Of a stretch of DNA of 64,000 bases, positions 48,943 to 61,900 are shown piece after piece. Location: the NCBI RefSeq assembly GCF_036971445.1, contig NC_091481.1, positions 85,808,001 through 85,872,000 on the forward strand, given 5' to 3'. Position 1 is the stretch's first letter; every line of letters starts with the position of its first letter. The notes below the pieces were generated by a model that did no database searches, was not told the DNA's origin, and saw only the letters and a program-made list of their open reading frames with translations. Source of the DNA: Narcine bancroftii (taxonomy: Eukaryota). The position numbers and the translations under genes are program-made.

Positions 48943-48964
48943 CTCCAGGGGCCTGGCTGGATAT
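48943..48964 (-). CDS. PlGF/VEGF-like gene exon 2 micro-exon (ISSQAPG + G)
   Basis: Strong acceptor ttttcttctttcttccag| and donor |gtgagt; 22 nt, phase 0 to 1, joins exon 3 in frame. Confidence 0.7.
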
Positions 48965-49913
48965 CTGGAAGAAAGAAGAAAATAAAATTAAGAGCTTTTT
49001 ATTCAACGAAGAGAAGCACCTTCCCCTAGCTTGGTCTCTCAGTTCTCAGCCACAGCCAAATGCATCTTGGGTAAAAACCAGCAAACGTGGCCAGTGAGGA
49101 TGCTCCCCTTCAACATCGTGGTAACAGGAGAGGAAGTTCCTCACCAGTCACCGGGCTCTTCTCCCACCAGCGTCACCCACTGGGTTCTACCTCAGGAGTT
49201 CAAGGCTTCACCCTCTCCCTGTAGCTGATCATTTGGATCTCCAGCCAGATGGAATGGTGGCAGCGTCGATCTGAGCACGGTGAGGGTATGGATTGGCACC
49301 AATCGGGGGTCGCACCTCGTGCCGAGTCTGTCCAGTGTACTATGTCAGCAGGGGAGGGGAGGGGGGGTCTATCTATCCGGGCGTTCACACTGAGATTGAC
49401 TCAGGGAAGGTGGTGGTAGCGGTGAGTTGGAGGAGATGGGGAGAGGGAACTAGACCAGACTAGGACAACCCCAGGATCGAAGCGACAGGGAGAGAGTGGA
49501 CCGGAATGGACCAGAACTGCTCCAGGACCAGAACAACTCCAGGACCAGAGTGACATGGAGAGAGAAGACCAAACTGGATCGGGACAATTCCAGGACTGGA
49601 GCGACAGGGGGAGAGGGGAGGAGTATGGAGGGCTATGGACTGGTAGAGTAATAGTTCAGCAAACACTAGAAGGGTCCGAACGGCATGTTTCTGTGCTGTA
49701 GTGCTCTGTGGTTCTATTTAGAGCAGAGAAGGAGAGAAGAGGCTGAAAGAGAGATGGAGTAAGAGGAAATGAGGGGAGGGAGGGGGTTGAAGGTAATGGA
49801 GTGGGGAGGAGGGAAAAGGTGGAGGAGGGGAGAGAGTGGGGAGGGAGAGGGGAGAACGAGATGTAGGAGATGGGAGGGGAGAGGGTGGAGGGGTAGGAAA
49901 TGAGCAGGGTAGG

Positions 49914-51200
49914 GGGAGAGGGGACTGGACCAGATTGGGATAGTTCTGGGACTGGAGCGACAGGGGGAGAGGGGACTGGACCAGATCGGGTTAGATCTGG
50001 GACCGGAGCGACAGGGGGAGAGGGGACTGGACCAGATCGGGTTAGTTCTGGGACCGGAGCGACAAGGGGAGAGGGGACTGGACCAGATCGGGCTAGTTCT
50101 GGGACTGGAGCGACAGGGGGAGAGGGGACTGGACCGGATCGGGCTAGTTCTGGGACTGGAGCGACAGGGGGAGAGGGGACTGGACCGGATCGGGCTAGTT
50201 CTGGGACCGGAGCGACAGGGGGAGAGGGGACTGGACCAGATCGGGTTAGTTCTGGGACCGGAGCGACAGGGGAAGAGGGGACTGGACCAGATCGGGTTAG
50301 TTCTGGGACCGGAGCGACAAGGGGAGAGGGGACTGGACCAGATCGGGTTAGTTCTGGGACTGGAGCGACAGGGGGAGAGGGGACTGGACCGGATCGGGCT
50401 AGTTCTGGGACTGGAGCGACAGGGGGAGAGGGGACTGGACCGGATCGGGCTAGTTCTGGGACCGGAGCGACAGGGGGAGAGGGGACTGGACCAGATCGGG
50501 TTAGTTCTGGGACCGGAGCGACAGGGGGAGAGGGGACTGGACCAGATCGGGCTAGTTCTAGGACTGGAGCGACAGGGGGAGAGGGGACTGGACCAGATCG
50601 GGCTAGTTCTGGGACTGGAGCGACAGGGGGAGAGGGGACTGGACCGGATCGGGCTAGTTCTGGGACCGGAGCGACAGGGGGAGAGGGGACTGGACCAGAT
50701 CGGGTTAGTTCTGGGACCGGAGCGACAAGGGGAGAGGGGACAGGACCAGATCGGGCTAGTTCTGGGACTGGAGCGACAGGGGGAGAGGGGACTGGACCAG
50801 ATCGGGCTAGTTCTGGGACTGGAGCGACAGGGGGAGAGGGGACAGGACCGGATCGGGCTAGTTCTGGGACCGGAGCGACAAGGGGTGAGGGGACTGGACC
50901 AGATCGGGTTAGTTCTGGGACCGGAGCGACAAGGGGAGAGGGGACAGGACCAGATCGGGCTAGTTCTGGGACTGGAGCGACAGGGGGAGAGGGGACTGGA
51001 CCAGATCGGGCTAGTTCTGGGACTGGAGCGACAGGGGGAGAGGGGACTGGACCGGATCGGGCTAGTTCTGGGACCGGAACGACAGGGGGAGAGGGGACTG
51101 GACCAGATCGGGTTAGTTCTGGGACCGGAGCGACAAGGGGAGAGGGGACTGGACCAGATTGGGCTAGTTCTGAGACTGGAGCGACAGGGGGAGAGGGGAC
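49914..51200. repeat. 51-bp tandem minisatellite (about 25 units)
   Basis: Unit GGGACTGGACCAGATCGGGCTAGTTCTGGGACCGGAGCGACAGGGGGAGAG; gives the 17-aa periodic ORFs on both strands. Confidence 0.95.
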
Positions 51201-54200
51201 TGTTCTGGGAATGAGACCCAAGTGACGGTCATGTTGGATTCCATGTAGATTTACATTTTAAATTTAATTTGCTTTTTAGGTTTGTAAATGCAAACGTTCA
51301 AGTTAAACGCCACCAATGTCACGATTAATCACGTTACTTTTTTTTAGAGACACAGCATTGCAACAGGTCCCTCCTGCCCTTGAGCCCGCACCACTTGACC
51401 TATGAACCCTGTATGTGTGTGGAATGGTGGAGGAGGGAGCACACAGAACTAAACCCAATGCTCCATCTAGTGTAACAGAGGGCAGTTCAGAGTGAATGCA
51501 GTTCTGGACCAAAGACTTTGGAGCTCCTTCCAGAAATTACACGAGTAAACCAGCTGGGTTCTCGTGTGATTTCAGTAGTTTAACGACTTCTGGCACCAGC
51601 GTACAGTTCCAGCTGTGATACATTAACAACATTAATTCTCCAGCAGTTGTAGTTGGGACTTACAAATGTTCTTCCAAATCATTAAGCCAAGCCCCTGGTT
51701 ATTAGTCGACTAATGTGTTCATCACAGTTTGCTGATTAAAGAGCTGTCAAAGAACTAAAGGCAGTACACAAGTGATGGGGAGATTCAGCAGGCCACACAG
51801 TATGTGTAAGAAGTACCTGTCGTGGACACACAGCATCTCCTCACTTGTCGGGAAGGCGCACCAGCGGCTGCACTTCCTGAGAAGACTGAAGCGGCCAAAG
51901 CTACCTGCCACCATCAGTGTCAACCTTCTACAGGAGCTCTGTCGAGAGCGTCCTGGCCGACTGCATCTCAGTGTGAGCACGGACACTACAAAGAAATGGA
52001 TCGGAGGTCAATCCACCAGACCATCAGAGCGGCAGAGAGGATCACTGGAATCTCCCTACCCCACCCCCCTCCCCTCCAATCTACGTGATCTACTGGGATC
52101 GTTGCTGAAGAGGGCACGCAAAAATCATTGCGGACCCCTTCCACCCCGCACACAGCATCTTTCAACTGCTCCGGTCGGGGAAGAGATCCAGGAGGATGAG
52201 AGCCAGCACTACCTGGCTGAGGATCAGCTTCTTCCCACAGGCAGTGAGAACGCTGAACGACTGCTAAAACAACTCACCGTGATTTTACTATTTATTAAGA
52301 ATATTTATGCTAATATGTGTACATATAATGAGGACATGGGTTAAGGGTGAAAAGGGAAAAGTTTAGGGGGAACCGGAGGAGGAAATTCCTTACACACTGA
52401 ATGGTGGGGGTGTGGAACGAGCTGCCAGCTGAAGTGGTGAATGCGGGCTCAATTTTAACATGTAAGAGGAATTTGGACAGGTACATGGATGGGGGGGCTA
52501 TGGTCTGGGTACAGGTCAGTGGGACTGGGCAGAATAACAGTTGGGCATAGACTAGAAGGGCTGAAGGGCCTGTTTCTGTGCTGTTATGCTCTATGGTTTG
52601 TATGTGTTATGTCTGTACACGTGTTCTGGAGAATGCTGTTTTTTGGGTTTCACTGGTACAACTTGAACTTGACTAGACCCCCAGTCGCTGCAGATTTTCT
52701 TGTTTAACATCAAAGAATTAAAACCTGCTTTTGCTCAAATCCACATCTTGGATCACTCAACTTAACTAAATGTTTTTTGGCACAATACATCGAGGTTAGG
52801 AGTGCCTGGGAACCACAATGGATTTTTATTTTAATTGTGAAGAGTTTCTATCCAATGGAATCTGCTGGAATTTCCCACACAAGCTGATTGTTCACTGGGC
52901 AAAGCTTTCCTAGTTGTTTATTCCCCTTGCCCTTCTCTCATGTTTAAAAGACCTGAGTTATGGGGAACTCAACTGAAATAGACAAGATCCTGAATTTAAA
53001 TTTAGTTTTAAAATTTAGATGTACTGCACTGTAACAGGCCCTTCTGGCCCCCAAGTGCGTGCCACCCAATGAACCTAAAACCCCTGGTATGTTTTGAAGG
53101 GTGGGAGGAAACCGGAGCCCCCGAGGAAAACCCACGCAGACATGGTGAGAACACACCAACGCCTTACAGACAGTGCAGGATTCGAAGCCAGGTTGCTGGC
53201 CCAGTAACAGCGTGGCACTGGCCGCTACGCTAGCCCTTTATCTCACAAAGGAAGCCATTCAGCCCATCGAGTCATGCCAGCTCGCAGAGAAACCCCACCT
53301 CCCCATTTATTTCCATGTCACCTACGCCCATACACCACACAAGAGGAAAAATATGATTGGGTTGGAGAAGGTGCAGAGGAGACTCACCAGGATGTGGCCC
53401 GGTAAGGTGGGTGGGGGGAGGGTTTCAGTTCGATGGAGAGATGGGGTTTTTTTCTTCAAGAGCAGCAGAGGTTTCACAGCCTCTCAGCGGCTCTGAAAGA
53501 ACCCCCTTTTACATTGTTTTCTCTCATACCGTAAGGGACGACACTAATGGCGACTTACGGCAGGTAAAAGTTATATTGTGTATGTTACATGTTTAATGTA
53601 TTATTACGTGAAAGGAACTTACTCAACAAACCCACCCCTACCTCCTACCAATAACCCTCCATTTTCCTCGCATCCGTGTGCCTGTCAAAGAGTCTTTTGA
53701 ATTCATTCAGGGAAAATTTCACTGGACAGGAGAATCAAAATAAAATGGAAATTAACTATAATTTTAACCTCATAGTTCTAGCGTACGGGCTCCAAATTTG
53801 CAGGAATAAAAAATATTTACCCCTCAAATTGTAAGTATTTTTTTTCTAATGGAATACAACTTTGAATCTCAGCACGCCATCCCTCTAATGTTACAGGTTT
53901 CCATGTTACAGTGATACATTTCCTTGCTTTTACTAAAGCTAATTTAAATTTTAATTTAGAATCCGACAACGATGATTTAGGAGGAACACTTTCAAGATTT
54001 CCTAACAATAATTCAGGATTTAACAGAAACAAATCACTCCAGTGTTTCGTTGCAAAGATTTTCTAACAGAGAGCAGCCGATGATTTTTCTGACACAAGTC
54101 TCAGAGATTAGACATCAAGGGTTCCACTGGGATCCGACAGTGACTCAGGATAATCCCAGGACAGCATGTAGATTCATCGTCTCAATCTCCTTCCTGTGTC

Positions 54201-54699
54201 TGTGTTCCATAAACAGCCCCTAGATACGGCAGCGACTCAACATCTTTCTAAAAGTTCCTCGCGTCCACCTCTGGTGGGGAGAAGACGAGGGGAGCACAGA
54301 GTCTCGCCATGCTCGGAGATAACATGGGGTTAAAGATTGCTCTTTTCTAGATTCCCAATGGGACATGGGATCAGTTAAATTCTGTGGCTGGGTTTGATTG
54401 TTTCTGTGGATTTTTTGAAAAATTTGCAACATTTGCAAAAAAAAAAACCTCCAATACAAAGGACAAAATGTTCTTGGCAGCAAAACAAAGCAAGTTCTCT
54501 CCTGATGCCAGATCTTTGCTGTGGTTTTGGTGACGCCTGTGTCTAAGGGGGGAAAAGGAGGGGGGAGATAGGGATGGAAATCCTGTTGAGGGCTTTGGAG
54601 GGGGTGGGGAGATTCTATGGGGTGGAGGTGAGGTGAGAGCAAGGGGAGGGGAGGGTGAGCCAAGTGAGTGGATGTCACAATCACACAAGATCTAGCAGC

Positions 54700-55935
54700 A
54701 AAAGTAGGCCCATCGAGTCTGTTCCGCCATTCTAATCATGAACTGATCCATCCTCCCACTCAGCCCCACTCCCTAGCCTTCTCCCCGTAACCTTTGATAC
54801 CCTGACTAATCAAATACCTGTCAATCTCTGCCTTAAATACATCCAACGACCTCAACAGGTTCCACAGACTCACGACCCTCTGGCTAATGAAATATTTACA
54901 CATTTCTGTTTTAAATCAACGCCCTTTTACCCTGAAGTTGTGCCCCCTTGTTCTAGACTCCCCGACCATGGGAAACATCCTGGCCACATCTACTCTGTCC
55001 AGGTCTTTCAGGATTCGAAATGCCTCGATGAGGTTCCCCCTCGTCCTTCTGTATCCCAACGGAACAGAAGGATGGGCAAGTAAGTTTGTGGATGGCATGA
55101 AGGTCGGAGGAGTTGTCATAGATTACAGGAGGATATAGACAGGATGCAGAGTTGGGCAGAAAAGTGGTAGTGTGAGTTGATGCATTTTGCAAAGTCAAAC
55201 CAGACGGCTGAGTATAGGGTTAATGGTCAGATACTTAAGAGTGTGAATGAACCTTGGGGTCCAAATCCATACATTCCTCAAGGTCACTGCACAGGTTGAG
55301 AGGATAGTTAAGAAGGCCTATGGGATGCTGGGCTTCATTAATAGAGGGATTGAGTTCAGGAGTTGAAAGGTCATGTTGCACCTACAAATCTCTGGTGAGA
55401 CCACACTTGGATTATTGTGTTCAGTTCTGGACCTCATTACAGGAAGGATGTGGAAGCTATGGAGAGGGGCCAGGGGAGATTGACCAGGACGATTCCTGGA
55501 TTGGAAAATAAGTCCTACAGGCAAGGCTAGCAGAGCCGGAACTTTTCTCTCTGGAGCGAAGATGACGAGAGGAGACTTGATCGAGGTCGACAAGATTCTG
55601 AGAGGTGCAGACAGAGTGGACAGCCAGCGCCTGTTTCCCAGGGCAGGATCAGTAAACACCAGAGGACATCTGTACAAAAGGAAGGGAGACAAGTTTGCAG
55701 GAGATGTCAGGGGTAAGGTTTTTTTTGTTTTTTTTTATATACACAGAGAGTTGTGGGTGCCTCGAATGCCTTGCCAGGGGTGGTGCTGGAGGCTGGAACA
55801 ACTGGGGAATTTAAGAGACTCTTAGACACAAGGATGGAGGGTTACGGGGTAGGGAGGGTTTAGATTATTTTTGGTAGGAATATATGGGCCAGCTCAACAT
55901 GGAGGGCCGAAGGGCCTGTACTGTCGTGTTATATA
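54700..55935. mobile_element. Two head-to-head CR1 LINE remnants (about 54700-55060 on -, about 55070-55935 on +)
   Basis: TRGHNFRVKG on -; YKSLVRPHLDYCVQFW...RGDLIEVDKILRG on +. Confidence 0.8.
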
Positions 55936-58900
55936 ACAGTCCCATCTGGCCAGGGACAGCAGGTCAGGCAGCTCTCTCTCTGTGCTGCCAATCACAGGGA
56001 GTTTCACTTGTTCTGCAGGCTACTTTTGACAGATTGCTGCCTTCGGTTGGACTGATGTTAACACAATTTCCACAGTTGTTGCTGCAGTTCAATAAAACCA
56101 CCTGGGGTGGGCAGATAGACCAACCTCCCCTTCCAGACCTGGCAACTCCCAGGAGACAAGAGCAGGAGTTGGGGAAGCTGGAATTCCGCAGAGGTTTAAA
56201 CAAAGGAACTATAATTCTGAGCCGCTCTCTCAAGATTCACCACGGTCGGCCTAGTGGTCAGCGCTCAACTGTTACAGCGCCAACGATCGGGAACGGGGTT
56301 CGAATCCCGCGCTGTCTGCATGGAGTTTGTACTCCTCACCTTTTTGTTCAGATGCCTGTCGACATTTTCCCACACCTTGATGAAGGGCTCAGGCCTGAAA
56401 CATTGGTTATGAACCTTCATCTTTGCTATGTAAAGGACCTGCTCAGTTTCTCCAGCGTCGTGAAGCACGGTGTCTGCAGACTGTCATATGTTCTCCCCGT
56501 GTCTGCATGGGTTTTCTCTGGGCGCTCACGTTTCCTCCCACCATTCAAAGAAAATACAGTAGTGTAATCAAGTGTAATTGGGTGGCATGGGCTCATGTGC
56601 CGAAAGGACCTGTTATCGAGCTGTGTGTCTAAATATTTTTTTTAAATTAAGAACATTTGGGGTTAAACACACAGGTAGCACACAGCAGCTCAGTGGTGCC
56701 TCACAGCCCCAGAGTCCTGGGTTTTACCCTAAGCTCCGGCGCTCTCCGCGTGCAGAGTTTGCACGATCTCTGTCCCCTTCCTGGGGTGCGTGGTTCCCTC
56801 CCAGATCCGGGACATTATGGCAGGTTAACAGGTTAAGTGATCCCTTAGTGGAGAGGAGAGGCAAAAGTGGGTGAATGAGAGAATAAGTTGCAGGGTTGGG
56901 GGCAATAAAAGGAAGGGGAATGGGATTACTGCGTTAGGAGCCAGCATGGGACTGATGGGCTGAATGGCCTTCCATGTCATTTACAAGACAGCCAGTATCC
57001 AAGAGGGTGACAATAACAGGCCTCAAAGGCCTATGGCCCCAACCTCTACCATTATGAAGTGTTTCGAGCATGTGGTGATGGAACGCATCAAAGCTCACCT
57101 CCCAGAAATGCTAGACCATTTCCATTTGTCTACAGAAGAAACTGTTCCACAGGTGACGCTGTAGCCCTGTCACTCCACTCCCCCCTGACCCTCCTGGAGA
57201 ACGATGCCCCATACGCCAGGTTGCTGTTCATTGACTTCATCTCAGTGTTCCCCAGAAATGGATGGAGAAGCTGCTTCCGCTGGGGCTCAACACCCTTCAC
57301 TGTAACTGGACTTCCTGATGGAAAGACCACAGTCTGTCCAGGTCAGTAGCAGAACATCGAGCACTGGCCAACCTCAGGGCTGTGTGCTCTGTTCACACTG
57401 TTGACCTGTACAACAAACCTGACTTGAAGTATAACTGTTTAACATGATTCCCTTTCGAGCTCAGAAACTTGAGTCTGAAATAAAACAGACTGCACAGCAC
57501 AGACTCTTCAGCCCACAATCACACACCCCTAACTCAAGGGCGACATTCCTTGTCCAACATCTACACAGGACCGTCAAGGAACCATCTCTCAACCAGACCA
57601 AACATCCAACCAGATCACACTACATCTCCCACAGCACTCTTTCAACTAACCCCAGTTGCTTCCTTTAGCTCCGCAACTAAAATCGGATGGTCTGTGCCGC
57701 TGGGTTGCGACAATCTCGATGTTACAACAGGGCAGTGGGGTGACGGACCCAGGCATCCAGAGGCCTTTACTAATACAGGTGGCCCATGTTACGGGGTGAT
57801 GTATTCCTGGAAAGTGGCCCATATCATAATATGTCCTGTGTCGACAAAAAATGGCATTTAAATTTAGAGGCACAGCACGGGAACAGGCCCTTCCAGCCCA
57901 TGAGCCCGTGCCCTCCAAATACACCAATTAATCTGCAAAACCCATACAATTATGGAAGGTGGGAAGAAACCAGAGCCCCCGGGTAAACCCCACGCAGACA
58001 CAGGGAAAACTCCTTACGGACAGCACGGGATTCGAGCCCAGGTCGCCGGTGCTGTAAAAGGGAGGCGTTGTAACAGCGTGGCACTAACCGTGCTGCCCAT
58101 ACACTCTCCTTTTGGCCTCTCCTTCTTACTGCCTTTTTACTCTAAGTTGACCTGAAACGTTGACTGACCATCGGACGCTGCCTGACCTGCTGAGTTCAGC
58201 CTGCGGGCAGCCTGTCGAACCGAACTAGCAGAAGGATCTTCCTTCCTATGGTGGAGGACCCTGCCGAGGTTTCCCTTCCCAGTGTGCCTTCCAACAGTCC
58301 TCCAGCGCAGCATTGCCAGTCAAGGAGCTGGGTGGGAGGAGACCATTTGTCCCCTCCAGTCTGAGGGCTACCACCTGGTCCCCTTCTCATTTCCCCCAAA
58401 GCTTTCTGGGGATTGATCCCATGCAGGAGCTATGGTTTCCTCTCTTCTTTGGTATGGTGGTCCAATGCGAGTTCCGTCCTGTGGTCCTTCAAGTGGCCCA
58501 TCTGGTGTCCAGTGTCCGACGTTCAACAGGAATTAGACTGGAGGTCCAAGACCAGGAAAGAGGGGAAGAGAACGAATCATTGGTGCAAGAAAACCACGCT
58601 GGCAAAACCCACCAAAGTATGGCTTAAATTGTCTGGTATGGTATCTGCAAGGCATCAGACCAGAGGGTAATAAAGAGGATCATCAAAATGGCCGAGAATG
58701 GTCAATGGGGTCTTCTTTTCTTCTTTTGGCCACATGTCCAGCCGAGATAAGGGAGATGATTGTGGACATCAGGACGATGAATGTTGACCTCTCTCTACTA
58801 CACATCAATGGCTCTGTCTTGGAGAGCACAAAGTCCACTGATGTGCACATGAAAGACGACCAGTCCTGGACCCACAACATCTCCTCATTCATCAGCAGTG

Positions 58901-61900
58901 CCTACACTTCCTCAGGAGTTCGAGGAGGGCAAGGCTACCGGCCCCCATCTAACATTTTACAGGAACACCACTGGGAGGGTCCTGTCAGGCTGCATCTCTG
59001 TGTGGACGGGAGCTACAAAGATCAGACTGGAAGTCAATACTAGAGGGTCATAGAATGGCCCAGAAGATCACTGGTGTCTCCCTTTCCTCTGTTGACAACA
59101 TTCACCATGGGGGCATTGCTTAAATAGGGCTCAGAGAATTATTGAGGACCCTTTCCATCCAGCACACGACCTTTGACCCACTACCATCAGGAAGGAGGTA
59201 CAGGAGGCCAGGCTGGGGAATAACTTCTTCCCACAAGTTGTGAGATTGATGAACAATGTCCTGTAACCGATAAATCAGCCCAAAATATTTACATATGTTT
59301 ATTTTAAATTATATCTTTATGTATAAATATGATTATTATGTGATGTGTATTGTGCATGGACCACAGTTTGGAGAAACGCTGTTTCAACTATTTAAATTTA
59401 GATGTCCATCATGGTAACAGCCCCTTTCGGCCCCGTGCCACTCAATTGACCTAAAACCCCTGGTACGTTTCAAATGGCGGGAGGAAACCAGAGCCCCCGG
59501 GGAAAACCCACACTGACACGGGGAGAACGTACAAACTCCTTACAAGACAGTGCAGGATTCAAACCCCAGTTCCGGTCGCTAGTGCCGTAACAGTGTTGCC
59601 AGGCCATCCATGCTGCCCCAATATTTGTATGTACAGACAGATGATAATGAACTTGAAAAGAGGGGCATTGATGTGCCCAGACAACTCATTTCCCTGGTGC
59701 AGCAGGGAAACTGGCTGTGAAGAAGAGGTGCCGACGCCCCCTTCATAGCCCAGACGTCACCACTGACTGTTATCCAGCCCAAGTGAATGGCAGTCCAGCC
59801 TGGGCCACTCGAGACGGCAGGAATGGCAAACTGTGGAAGGGGTATGAGCAAGGGCAGCACAGTGGCTCACCTGCCACCTCAAAGCAGCTCATATGGAATT
59901 TGCATGCTGGGTATAGATATAAAGAAATGACAGGTCCTTCATCCCATCATGTTGTGCTGACCTATGTAAACCTACTCCACAATAATCTAACTCCTCCCTA
60001 CCTCACATTCTACTTTTCTTACATCCACGTGCCTGTCTAAGAGTTCTTTTTAAATGTCCCTATTGTACCAGCCTCCACTACCACCCCCGGCAACGCATTC
60101 CAGGCCCCCACCACTCTCTGTGTAAAAAACTTACCCCTAAACTTTCCTCTATTCACTTTGTACAGATGTCCTCTGGTGTTTGCTACTCCCACTTTGATAA
60201 AAAGCTGCTGGCCGTCCATCCGATCTAAGCTCCTCATAACATTGTCGATTAAGTCACCCTTCCATCCTTTGTCTCTCCATTGGGAAAAGCTTGCTCCACA
60301 AGACATGTTCTCCCATCAGGGCCTCACCCTGGTAAACCTCCACCTGGCCCCTCTCCAAAGCTTCTACGTCCATCTTGTAATGAGGCGACCAAGAGCAGTC
60401 TCACCAGAGCTTCCCCCTGCGGCTCTGGAACTCGCTGAGACTGTGTTGGTGCTTGCGTTTCTACCCCGCATCCCAGAGACATGGGTTAACAGCTGCTCCT
60501 GGGATGCAGGTGAGCGGCGGTAGGTGTGGGGGGGGGGGGGGAGAGAGGGGTGGGCTGGGGGTGGAGCTGCTGGGGACGCAGGGAGAATCTCGTGGCGATG
60601 GGTGGTCAGTGTGAACTCGATGAGCTGAACGGCCTGTTTCCTTGCTGCAAGAGCAGTTTCCAGACTCATGCACGAGATGAAATGAAAGGAAGTTATTGGG
60701 AAAATATTTTGTTTGGATTGGAGGCCGCGACAGAACCAAGACCCTTAGAAAGGAGCAGAGGGAGCCAGATATGTGGGAGTACAACTGAGCTGTTAACCAA
60801 AAGCATATGTGACTACAAGTTTTATTAATGGGGAATCCCAAAGGATGGGGAAGATGCCAAACATAGCATGGGAAACCTTGGAATGATCAACAAACATGGA
60901 GACCAGCTTGTCAGTGAAGCAAAGAGGGCATTGTGTTTGATGTCAGAATAATTGTGGAGGATGGGGAGGGTGTGGTTGGGGGAGCAGGGGGAAATCTCGT
61001 GATCCTCTCCTTGATCCGAGGAGGACGCAGCTGATGAGAAACTACCCACTGGCGTCAGTAGTGGAGGGAATGCGGACCGCAATGGGGGACACCATCAGAA
61101 GGGGTGACACCAAAATGAGTCTATTGAATTTTTTGTGCAATGTTTCAGTAGAAATTTATTACTATTTATAAAAGTATCCCTGTCGTTCATTATAACAAAA
61201 AAAAAACATTTCTTGTAAGCCCAGTTGACATGATCCAATAGACTTACAAGGTTAAAAACTGATGCTCATTTACTTTTTGAACCATCTAATATGCTCCAGT
61301 CAGAGCTGTCGTTATTACCCAATAACAATGATGCTTCGAATCACATGGTTTTGTCTGCACAAGCAAGCGCTGTTGTTTTTGTTGCTGCTGTAATTTAAAG
61401 GTGTAATTTAAATTATGATCGGTGTTTATCTCACTACCATTGCCATTACATTCAGTGATCTACGGGGATTACAATTTACAAGTAATATTAGTACAAAGAA
61501 AATTACTAAGGATTCTGTATGGTCTGGTACAGGAGGAGGTCCATGTTAGGGGACCTCCCAACCTGCCCCAGCGATGGAGATCACAGGCTGTGGGGCTGCT
61601 GGAGGCCCACTCATGGGCACCAGGTTCTGGGGAGAAGATAGAGGTGGGTAAGTTGTTCCCATTGGTGAGGAAGACCAGAACCAGGGGACATAGCCTCAAG
61701 GTCCAGAGGAGTAGATTGAGACGGAGATGAGGAGGAACTGCTTTTCCCAGAGGGTGGGGAATCTGTGGAATTTGCTGCCCATTGAAGCAGTGGAGGTGAC
61801 CTCAGTTAATAGATTTAAGACAAGGTTGGGTAGATTTTTACAAAGTTGGGGAATTAAGGAACATGGGGAAAAGGCAGGTGGGTGGAGATGAGCCGATCAC

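Noticed and set aside
48083-49006. ORFs with SHPISP / PHLSLS / RGRDGV repeats
   Set aside because: Translations of the 18-bp tandem repeat; only 48943-48964 looks like a real exon.
49656-51225. 521-aa and 441-aa repetitive ORFs on opposite strands; CRISPR-like periodicity
   Set aside because: A 51-bp tandem repeat with unit length divisible by 3. No unique spacers, no cas genes, eukaryotic intronic context.
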